This document shows positions 12,313 through 22,937 of a stretch of DNA of 64,000 nucleotides, in pieces. The stretch covers positions 4,419,434-4,483,433 of the forward strand of contig CM082593.2 of the NCBI GenBank assembly GCA_040954595.2. Reading direction: 5' to 3'. The DNA comes from Balanoglossus misakiensis. Its lineage: Eukaryota; Animalia; Hemichordata. Every line of letters starts with the position of its first letter. The first letter of the stretch is position 1. The notes under the pieces were generated by a model. It made no database searches. It was not told the DNA's origin and worked only from the letters and a program-made list of their open reading frames with translations. The position numbers were made by a program, and so were the translations under genes.

Positions 12313-14885
12313 CAGATCTCGTATTCCCTTCATCTGATGACTCGAGTGAAGCGAACCGGCTTGTGGTACAGGGTATCTTCCGTTGAATTTTGTTTTGTCT
12401 CATTGGTATCATTATTGCATGTACGTTTTCACTCGACTTATTTAACACGTGCAGCAACATTGCTTACTGTACCGTCAATGTCTGTGTGGGTTTTCCCGAC
12501 ACCCTGGGAAAACAAACATAATCATGTTGTTCTTACGAAGCATGGGTGGAATTAATCGTATTGGGAAAAAAACGGTCATGAACGTAAACTGTTGTGTGTG
12601 TTAAATAATTAATTGCATCCAATTGCCCGTGTTATTAACAAAACGTATGCGGTTCTTTGTGTGACCTTGGCGCAGAGCTTGAGAGACAGAAAGGAATTGA
12701 CAGTGTAATGGACGCTGATATGTGATTCTGTGAAATTTTGTTTGGAGGTTATTTGCGCAGTCATGACGCGTTAAATATTGCATGGTCATTACTAAGTGAC
12801 GTGGTGAAACATATTTATAAGCTGGGTCATTTACCCATCCTAGCACATAATAGTAATCATATCCAACACTGCAAAAAGTCTTATTTTCCCGTGTAATCGG
12901 CGCAAAAAAAAAACAATTTCGAAAAGCCTGTCCCTTAATTGCAATACAGTCCTTGAACGCATGTTTCCATGTGACTGTAGGCATTTGCAGGTTGAAAGTT
13001 AACATAGCGGCAATTGAATGTTTCAGATGAACAGCACATCAAGGACACTGTGCTTGTCACGTCTGGACCCTGGTATTCCGTTGTACAAAAAGCTTATGCG
13101 ATTAATTTTGAGACGCCACTACTTAGAGCGATCATTATGTCCCCGCACCACGTTCACATATTAATCTGAGCGTACACCATATATGGTTCGATAGCAGCCA
13201 TTTATTCTTATTTTTTTCGTTGATACAAGAGATCGCACTGATTATGAACTGTCGTGCACACCGCTAAATCCAATCTACCTTCCTCCTGGGCATAATTCTT
13301 ACGCAAAGACTTTAGTGATTACGCACATTCATAATTAGTTGCGGCTGCGCAGACAGACGCGTCATGCTGAAAACCATCACCGTCGTTTACATGACAACAA
13401 TCCGGAGTGAAACATTCATGGAGCGGGCGATATTATTTTCGAATCTATAAAGTAGTCGCAAACCTTACGTGTCTGACCGGATTCAGTGTCCACTGCCATA
13501 TCTGAGAAGGTAAAATTATTCATATTTATTCTTTTACTTATTTATTTATTTCGATAGCATAGTAAAATAACATCATGATGGTATGATCAAAGGGCCTCTC
13601 TGCTAGTCAATACCTGCCTCAGTGATCGAGACGTCGTCAAGACTTCGGTTAGGCAGTCACACACAGTGTTGTTGAGTCCCTACCAAAATTACAATCGATG
13701 TCTTCTGGGGAGTGTTCGATCCCCGTCCAGTCAGTTTCTTGTCAGTTTAATATCCAAAGAAAAACGCATGATGATATTTCGGCCTCACACAGTAAAATAT
13801 TCACAGGGTGGAGAGATAAACGTCATCAATTTTGACATCGCAGGCAATCAGTTTAATATATACCTTTCATTATATTAGAACCCAACATAACTGACAAGAT
13901 CATCAGCAAAAAATAAGGACGGTGTATTTTTCCCGAAAGAGCTGTACTATTTTTCATTTTCGTTTCCATAGCAGTTTATGTTATGCTGACTTATCGGGGA
14001 TATCTCAACATTGTGACCTCATATTCTCAAAATTTGTGACGATGCGTTCTCCCATATATTGCACACGCAACACAGAATATGCAATGATGTAGTTGTGTGT
14101 GTGTCTGTTTTTATCGGACGTTGTGTTACAAAACCTCTACTAATACTGGTAATCCCATTAGAAGATACCTCCAGATGTACACATGACAACGCGTCAGAAT
14201 GGTCAGATTGACTATGACTTAAATTCATATCATTATATGAATCTTTTAAAGCCAAATAATCTGTCATTTTAAAAAAATATATTGATTTTACTTTCATACT
14301 TAGAATGGTCCGTTTAAATATCGTACTGATAGGGATACTCAAACGTGTTATCAACCTCAGTTCGTGGTTTTGTGTTTAAATGTAAGCGACTAAATAATAA
14401 ATTGATGTCGCGCTGGTTTGCTCAGACCCTCAATGCAAGAACACACAATTATCTCATGTGGACAGGTATATCCTACACAATTTCAAAACAGCTGACGATA
14501 AGGATAATGCTAAATTATTTTACCGATAAAAATAAGTTATAAGTAGCAGCTATTGGAGCTTTAAACAAGTCTTTGAGTAACAGCCGCATGTCTAAACGCC
14601 AACCAATCATTGTCACACTTTCCACCCACTTCAGTCGACCGCACTGAACAGTTCATTCTTCGATTCTATCGCTGTTAATTCTGTCGCTAAGTTGTTGCTA
14701 ACGAGAAATAATAATTGGGTCAAGCGCTTTCAGGTTTTTAAATTGCGTAGCCTGGTTTTATTTGCATGCATAAGTAGAGTGTAAATTATTGTATAAAATT
14801 GCTGATGTATTACAACATGTGAGGATCCTTGCTTGCTGTCTATTGTCTGACACTGTGGGCTTCTTTTTAAAGACGCCGTCGTTGT

Positions 14886-15225
14886 TTAAGGTAGTGTGTG
14901 TCTGGTGGACAGATCTCAGTAAAATGAGAGTCCATGCAATTCTTTGGTACGTTAAAATGTGTGTGGAGACATTTTAAAAACATAGAAGAAACCAGAGTGC
15001 CCACAGTCGTGTTTTCTTACAAATCAATGCTTATGTTTTCTCGAAATAGCTAACACACACATGATGGCGGCCATTTTGATTTTCAAATTGAGACAATTTT
15101 GGTTTATCGTTCAAACTTTTCCACGGCGGCCTCAATTTCAAGCAAGAATAATTTAAAGTTGCCTTCAGCAAAATATGAGAAAAAAAGATTATGACCTCGT
15201 TCTTAACAGCGCATTCGACCTTTAA
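14886..15225. mobile_element. Possible degenerate non-autonomous DNA transposon (MITE) with TTAA ends
   Basis: Left end TTAAGGTAGTGTGTG; the right end reverse-complements to TTAAAGGTCGAATGCG. These are imperfect TIRs and there is no coding capacity. Confidence 0.3.
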
Positions 15226-15806
15226 TTGGTATATGACCACAGGCTGATTCCAATTCGAGTGGCAGCAACCAGTATAGGAGAACGGTAAACGTGTATAGAC
15301 GTGCCGGTTGTTGCTGTGTTCCTAAGGAAGACGAGAGTAACTACAAACCAGGCAGTCGTAGTAACAGCCAAGCGTGTCTGGGCAACACGGCACACACATC
15401 GATCAACCCAAGGGCAAACAAATGTGCATTTGGCTCCGTTCATGGTCGCGAAGTGAAGTGATGATGAATCAAATCGATGGATGGCTCTCGTTCTCGCTCT
15501 CCCCCTGTCTCTTGTAATGAATTTCGAAAGATATAGACAATGCAGACGAAGATGGTAAATGGCTGTTTCGAGTGTTACCCTTCAGTCTTGTAACACACTG
15601 AATGTGGAAATCTGCCTTTTTCTCATCATGGTGCGATGGAGATGCACTTTAATGGAAATGTCGACCAAGTGTCCCGCTGTGAGATGATTGAGTTGTTTCG
15701 TTTGTCTCATAGTGACATCCGTTGAAGTACTAAATATTTTAAATTGTGCTATTGCTTCTGACGAAGATAATATTTGCTACATGCTAAGTTCTAAGCACGG
15801 GATTTT

Positions 15807-15820
15807 GTTACTATGGCAAC
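15807..15820. promoter_or_regulatory. RFX X-box
   Basis: GTTACTATGGCAAC matches the X-box consensus; related sites at 16345-16358 and 16418-16431. Confidence 0.45.
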
Positions 15821-16854
15821 TGTAGCTTTGCATATTGAGCAAATACCATCTGTGATTGATAATAAGTCAACCAGCGACGGCGTCTTCAATGGTTGCCTTT
15901 CAAGACATCGCATGCATATTATCAATACTGGATGATGTCTGCCCGTAAATAATAAACTATATTCTGTTCTGGCGGGTGTATTTCAATCAAAATAATGAAT
16001 GTGTGGAACTCAGCCGCGAGCATCAAATAAGTGAGATTTTGCGAATGCATGTGAACATGCGCTGCAATAGATGTAATCTTTCTGCCTATACCTCGTCTGC
16101 GCAGGTGGTGATAAACACACATGCGCAGAAATAATTTGATCAGAATGGGGTTGGCTTTGATAATGCATAATACATGTACATTTAATTTAATTTAAATGAT
16201 GTTAGTGTCCTTGAGGTGGTCGCATAGTTGTCTGACACTGAAACAACGTTACCAAGGCTTCATACCACGAGACACGAAGAGAGAAAAAAATGAAGTCCTT
16301 TGTTCGTTCATCAAAGAACACGTTTTCCTCTCCGAGCCAGCCACATCACCATGGCAACTTGGGTAGATGTAAGCCTTCTTCTGGGCATTCCATCGGCACT
16401 TTGTACGGTTTACATACATTACCATGGCAACGTAATTACAGTCCGTGTTGATGTCATTTGAAAAGCCGTCTTTCATCACCTTCGTCAGGGTACTATTTCT
16501 TTCCGTAATCAACCCAAACCATTCATCTTTCATACGTTCTACTATTATAGCAAGAGTGACACTAATTAGGCATTTTGTATTTTGAAACCGATTCTTTTGC
16601 ATCTGTTTGCAAACTAGTTTGAACACTTTCTTTCGACCCTGGCGTATATTAGAGTAAACTGTACTTTACATCGTTTGCCAGACTGTTTTCAAAATGGACG
16701 TGTTTTGTTGAAGTCTCGCGTGTTGGTGAAAACGTTGCGAGATGTTGGAGTAATGAACTAATTGACCAGAAAAGTGCGTGAGGAGTCTTTTGTGTTCAAT
16801 CAAAACTCATCATTCTCCCACGTACTCACTTCAGATTACTTTTCTCTCTCACAG

Positions 16855-16921
16855 ACAAAAACCTAAACACCACTGGATATGGTCGCCAATGTATACCGTT
16901 TTGGTTTTGACAGTCAAAACG
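16855..16921 (+). other. Candidate 5' UTR exon of the orphan gene
   Basis: Strong acceptor tttctctctcacag| and donor cg|gtaagc; splicing to 17024 places an in-frame TGA upstream of ATG 17037. Confidence 0.45.
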
Positions 16922-17036
16922 GTAAGCCGCAGTAACAATCCAAGAGGCAGGTATTATCAGAGGATACAGCCAATCAGCAAGAGCTCATCTCCTAGTGTGT
17001 GCAGTCCGCCTCATTCCTTTTAGGTTGCAAGCAAAC

Positions 17037-17918
17037 ATGGGGAGCCGACCATCGCGAGCTTCTCAACAAAGCAACAAGGACGCGAGGCAGGAGGAGAATG
17101 TGATTGGGCAAACAGAATCGAAGACGAAAACCCCCGAACAGGAGGATAAATTAAACAAAGGTGATCGCGAGGAAATAGAGAAACTACAGAAAGAGAACTC
17201 GGTGCTGAGAGAAACGAATACCAAACTGACGACGGAAATTCATGAACTGAAACAATCTATTGAACTTGGGTCGCGAGCAGCATCGCCCATCTCGGCGCAT
17301 GACAGAAAATCGCTAAATGGTTCGATATACGAAACGTCGGATGAGACAGAACCGGACCAGAGGTCCAGGAGATCGAGAAAGCAGCGAAATACAAAGAATA
17401 AATTTGTGCAACCAATGAGCGATATTGATGCCTACGGTCAGGGGCTGCCTATACACCACAGCATGGAGAAATTAACTCTGGGCAGGTCGAGAAAACACTC
17501 TCGGAAAGTAGACAGCAGTAAACATCACGAGAGCCTTGTTCACAAGGACAGTGTGAAAACGATTCAATCTTTGGTTGACGAAACGCCCGAACACCAAGAA
17601 CCGAATGTCGACGAGAAAGGAAATATGAACAAAGATCCTAAGGAAGGAGCAAAGAAAGAGAGTACAACTGATGAATCTGACACAAACAAAGTGCCTGGGA
17701 ACGAGGACAAAAGCACAGACGAACAGACAATAACTATGGTAACATCTTTGACTCTGTCGCCGTCGAAGGAAAAAACGATGAGTATGGACTCAGGAATCGG
17801 AGAAACTGGCAAAGAAAGGGAAACCAATGGCAACAAGGATCTGCCTGTTCCGGACGAAGACATATTGGAGGATCATTTGGTGTACGAGAGTCAAAAAAGA
17901 TTCATAGATTTGAAGTGA
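17037..17918 (+). CDS. Uncharacterised 293-aa protein; predicted N-myristoylated, with a coiled coil and otherwise largely disordered
   Basis: Longest ORF in the window, with protein-like composition. An acceptor ttccttttag| at 17023 lies 13 nt before a good Kozak start (aacATGG). It begins MGSRPS (Gly2/Ser6) and contains the heptad segment EEIEKLQKENSVLRETNTKLTTEIHELKQSIEL. AATAAA at 18392 and 18957. Confidence 0.75.
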   Translation: MGSRPSRASQQSNKDARQEENVIGQTESKTKTPEQEDKLNKGDREEIEKLQKENSVLRETNTKLTTEIHELKQSIELGSRAASPISAHDRKSLNGSIYETSDETEPDQRSRRSRKQRNTKNKFVQPMSDIDAYGQGLPIHHSMEKLTLGRSRKHSRKVDSSKHHESLVHKDSVKTIQSLVDETPEHQEPNVDEKGNMNKDPKEGAKKESTTDESDTNKVPGNEDKSTDEQTITMVTSLTLSPSKEKTMSMDSGIGETGKERETNGNKDLPVPDEDILEDHLVYESQKRFIDLK

Positions 17919-18250
17919 ATACTGACAAACAATTTATGACATATTTGTCAAATTCATAAAAATGGTTCATCCTTTTCATTGGTTTTGCCGGCAAGACCTG
18001 AATATTATTTATTTTTCATTTTGAATTACTGTATCGAGGCAGTAATCAAAAACTATTATGCTCAATGAGGTGTATGTATTTACTATAACCACATGAATAC
18101 TTTCGATTAGATTTCATTATTTATATACACAAGATAAATTAATCATTAATATGCTCAAAATCCATATTTTCTAATGTAAATCCAGTTTTATCAAAACCTG
18201 TAAATGTTTTATACTCCAAAATACACACACCTAACGTCATTTTGTTGTGT

Positions 18251-18264
18251 GTTTCTATGGCAAC
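18251..18264. promoter_or_regulatory. RFX X-box
   Basis: GTTTCTATGGCAAC; a second site ATTACCATGGCAAC at 18521-18534. Confidence 0.4.
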
Positions 18265-19197
18265 GGAACGCCTCTTGTAACATATCCGTTGTTCAAATGA
18301 ACAAAATTAAAATATCTTGACGTCATTCCCCTCGTTAGGTGTATTGCTTGAAAAATCATCATTTATTGGGGGAAGTGAATGTGAAAAAAAGAATAAAACG
18401 ATTCTAAGTATACTGTTCGATATTTTTTCGTGAAGACCTGATTTGTCTTTTCGTTGTAAGGACATTGCTGAGTGTAGTATATAGGCCTAGATGACATGTC
18501 TTTTGAAAGCCATGTTATTGATTACCATGGCAACGACTCTGTCCTCTCAGATCGTCGACGATGATGTCAGAGCTGCATTTGGAGCAGCATAAAAGCAATT
18601 CAGTTCGATTTATACCTATAGTGATATTTTATTTTGCCACTGAATGTCGGATAATTCCTAGAGAAAGTTCTTGTTAATATATCATTGTCTTTTTAATTGG
18701 TCACAAAATGTCGTGCATGGCTGGTTTATCTGTTTCGCTTAATCACCATCTTGACAGCTAAACAGTGACATGTACATTCATTGGAACCCAATTCATTTAC
18801 CGTCACACGAGCTCTGAGTTCGGAACATTGTTCCCTGTTCGTCATTTTCAACGACTGTTTACTGTCTTTCTCTATACATCGAATATTTTGTAACACACTA
18901 TATATTTTTCAAGTTATCTTGTGTATCGATATTCACAACGAATTTGTATAAATTTGAATAAATGTTCCAGTAATACCTCTGTCTCCCTTCATACTCGTTG
19001 TTGGTAATTGCTTCTGATTAATTAGCCTTGAGTTGGATGTATCCACGTGATAACTTCTTGCTATTAGACTGAACACGTGTGGGTTTTTTTTTGTTTCTCA
19101 CCTCCAGTGCCGCACAATTGTCAGCAAATCAAACCAATCACCACATTGTCTGGGCTTGTGTCGAGAGACACATCTTCTTGTCGACCTAAACATACAG

Positions 19198-20237
19198 TGT
19201 GACTGACGCCTACGTAACGCCACGCCGATTCATGCGAGAATAGGCCTACCTCGGTTATCAGTCCAAAGTAATAGGCCACGTAAACTTTTCACGGAAGTAT
19301 TCCCGCAAGAATTTTGAAAAAATCACACTTTGTGTCGACTGTATGTAGTGTTAGTCTGCAACAATGAGTGAGAGAGGGCTATGGCAGTTGCGTCAAGACC
19401 TGTATGCTTAACCGTTGTTGCGCCCCTTACGTCAGTATTGTCACGGAATTGCTAGGTCAACGCCGCACACAAGACTCAAGAAATGCGACTTTTTCCTGAT
19501 TCTCAGACTGAGAAACCCATATAGCAGGAGAAACTATTTTCCACGATTGGGGCGGAGCTTGTATCACGTGGGCTTGTTGCATGTATAGTGACTCCCCTCG
19601 ACATCCACGGCAGACGAGACATGGCGGTTGAACTGTGAACATCGTGCTCTCGGTTGTAGTGATCTGAATTCGCACTTTACCTCTATCTTTCTTATATTTT
19701 CTTTCAAACCCTTCTCCACGTTTGTGGGAACACTTTTTCTGTAACCTCTGAGAAATTTAGTTGTCTACGGATCGTAATTCCGAGGTTTTTCTTGGTATTT
19801 GTGTGAGCGCAACGCTCAGGTCGGTCAGTCTTTTCAGCACATCTCTTAGCGTACGTTCTGCCGTGCGCAAGGTATTAGTATATCGAACCAGGACTTGTAA
19901 CCGCCCGTCTACGACGTCAAGGCTCGATCGTGCTGCGTTTACGCTACCGTTCAGTTGGCTGTTTGGTCCGAGGTTCATCATTCACTAAGGCTTGCAATTT
20001 TTGGGACCTCAGTCCGACATAATTTCCGTTACATTGGTGGCATTGCGGGGTCAAATTTGTGCTGCTTGTTCGTTCAGTCTGCGTTTTGCAGCTGTGGACT
20101 TTCCTTGGGTGTTGCTTCTATTGTTCTTATACATTGTTGCTATATTGTTGAATAGCGTTATCGATTTTTTTTCGTCTAGTGTGCCTCGCACGTGCACTGT
20201 AGTACAATGGAGAAATTCCGACATAATTTCCGTTACA
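19198..20237 (+). mobile_element. Internally deleted LTR retrotransposon remnant, copy A
   Basis: LTR 19198-20033 (TGTGAC...GTTACA), then PBS-like TGGTGGCATTGCGGGG at 20035 and a leader. ATGGAGAAATTC at 20207 is fused directly to the last ~20 bp of an LTR (...CCGTTACA 20237). Flanks ATACAG / ATACAC are TSD-like. Confidence 0.75.
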
Positions 20238-20243
20238 ATACAC

Positions 20244-22937
20244 TGTGACTGATGCCTACGTAACGCCACGTCGATTCATGTGAGAATAGGCCTACCTCGG
20301 TTATCAGTCCAAAGTAATAGGCCACGTAAACTTTTCACGGACGTATTCCAGCAAGAATTTTTTTTAAATCACACTTTGTGTCGACTGGCACAATTGATGC
20401 TGATGGGAATTGAAAGTGACAAAACTAGTGCTTTAGGAAATCGTCTTAATTTTCGCTCCATTATATTTCCTTTTATGTATTTCCTATTATATTCATAACA
20501 CAATAACTACGTCGTCAATCTTAGGCATACTAAAAGGAATAAGTTAAAAATTACAAAATAGAAGTGGGAAATTAATTATTTTGGTTATAGCTCATGAAAA
20601 ATGTACAAATATGACAAATTCTTGACTTTGCAAGCTTTGGTGATTTTGTCATTTTTGACATTTTTCATGGGTTTGAATAGATCATGAAATTTGACCAAAA
20701 ATGAAAACTTTCCGATTTGTGAATTTTGGTAACTTTTTAATTTTTTTACATTTTTCCTGGGTTATATAGCGGATGAAAATTGTCAAAACATGACAAATTC
20801 TTGACTTAGCAAACTTTGGTGATGGTTTACTGTATGTAGTGTTAGTCTGCAACAATGAGTGAGAGAGAGGGCTATGGCTGTTGCGCCAAGACCTGTAATG
20901 CTCAACCGTTGTTGCGCCCCTTACGTCAGTATTGTCACGGAATTGCTAGGTCAACGCCCCGCACACAAGACTCAAGAAATGCGACTTTTTCCTGATTCTC
21001 AGACTGAGAAACCCTATAGCAGGAGAAACTATTTTCCACGATTGGGGGCGGAGCTTGTATCACGTGAGCTGGTTGCATATATAGTGGCTCCCCTCGACAT
21101 CCACGGCAGACGAGACATGGCGGTTGAACTTTGAACATCGAGCTGTCGTGTGTAGTGATCTGAATTCGCTCTTTACCTCTATCTTTCTTATATTTTCGTT
21201 CAAACTCTTCCCCACGTTTGTGGGAACACTTTTTCTGTAACCTCTGAGAGGTTTAGTTGTCTACAGGTCGTAATTCCGAGGTTTTTCTTGGTATTTGTGT
21301 GAGCGCAACGCTCAGGTCGGTCGGTCGGTCTTTTCGGCACATCTCTTAGCGCACGTTCTGCCGTGTGCACGGTTTATCAAACCAGGGCTTGTAACGGCCG
21401 GTCTACGCCGTCAAGGCTCGATCGTGCTACGTTTACGCTACCGTTCAGTTGGCTGTTTGGTCCAAGATTCGTCATTCACTATGGCTTGACAATTTTTGGG
21501 ACCTCAGTCCGACATAATTTCCGTTACATTGGTGGCATTGCGGGGTAAAGTTTGTGCTGCTTGTTCGTTCAGTCTGCGTTTTGCAGCTGTGGACTTTCCT
21601 TGGGTGTTGCTTCTATTGTTCTTATACATTGTTGCTATATTGTTGAATAGCGTTATCGATTTTTTTTCGTCTAGTGTACCTAGCACGTGTACAATGGAGA
21701 AATTCGTAGATAGTGAAATCAGTTTCCCACAGGGTGAACAAACAGGAGTTGATAAAACTCCAGGTCGGTCTGTTGAGGCGTCCAATGTACATCAACCTCA
21801 TGATTTTATGGATTTGCCACCACTTATGTCACCTGATGGTGAAGTGAGAAATGAAGTGCTCGAGAGAGTCAACTGCATTTTCTCTAGGGCGAGGCATACG
21901 CACTGCGTTCACTCCCTCTGCCACTGCGATTTGCGTACTATAAGGAATAAGTTAAAAATTACAAAATAGAAGTGGGAAATTAATTATTTTGGTTATAGCT
22001 CATGAAAAATGCACAAAAAATGATGAATTCTTGACTTTGCAAGCTTTGATGATTTTGTCATTTTGACATTATTCATGGGTCATATATAGATCATGAAATT
22101 TGACCAAAATGAAAACTTTCCGATTTGTGAATTTTGGCAACTTTTTAATTTTTTGACATTTTTCCTGGGTTATATAGTTGATGAAAATTGTCAAAACATG
22201 ACAAATTCTTGACTTAGCAAACTTTGGTGATGGTTTACTGTATGTAGTGTTAGTCTACAACAATGAATGAGAGAGAGGGCTATGGCAGTTGCGTCAATAC
22301 CTGTAACGCTCAACCGTTGTTGCGCCCCTTACGTCAGTATTGTCACGGAATTGCTAGGTCAACGCCCCGCACACAAGACTCAAGAAATGCGACTTTTTCC
22401 TGATTCTCAGACTGAGGAACCCTATAGCAGGAGAAACTATTTTCCACAATGGGGGCGGAGCTTGTATCACGTGGGCTTGTTGCATGTATAGTGGCTCCCC
22501 TCGACATCCAAAATCAGACGAGACATGGCCGTTGAACTGTGAACATCGTGCTCTCGGTTGTAGTAATCTGAATTCGCACTTTACCTCTATCTTTCTTATA
22601 TTTTCGTTCAAACTCTTCTCCACGTTTGTGGGAACACTTTTTCTGTAACCTATGAGAAGTTTAGTTGTCTACGGATCGTAATTCCGAGGTTTTTCTTGGT
22701 GTTTGTGTGAGCGCAACGCTCAGGTCGGTCGGTCGGTCTTTTCAGCACATCTCTTAGCGCACGTTCTACCGTGTGCAAGGTAAATCAGACCAGGACTTGT
22801 AACGGACCGGTCTATGCCATCAAGGCTCGAACGTGCCACGTTTACGCTACCGTTGAGTTGGCTGTTTGGTCCAAGGTTCGTCATTCACTAAGGCTTGACA
22901 ATTTTTGGGACCTCAGTCCGACATAATTTCCGTTACA
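20244..22937 (+). mobile_element. Internally deleted LTR retrotransposon remnant, copy B
   Basis: 5' LTR 20244-21528 with the same termini and an extra ~445-bp segment, PBS at 21530, ORF start MEKFVDSEISFPQGEQ... at 21694, then a 5'-truncated 3' LTR at about 21935-22937 ending CCGTTACA. Confidence 0.78.

Noticed and set aside
14245-14563. Possible TTAAAGC...GCTTTAA MITE
   Set aside because: Only 7 bp of exact terminal match and a single copy in the window
19457-22623. Many repeated short ORFs (MRERAMAVA..., ...SDIISVTLVALRG...)
   Set aside because: They are translations of LTR and leader repeat sequence with indels between copies, not genes
19198-22937. Possible CRISPR-like or satellite array
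   Set aside because: The units are about 0.8-1.3 kb LTR copies with a PBS; there is no short repeat-spacer periodicity and the DNA is eukaryotic
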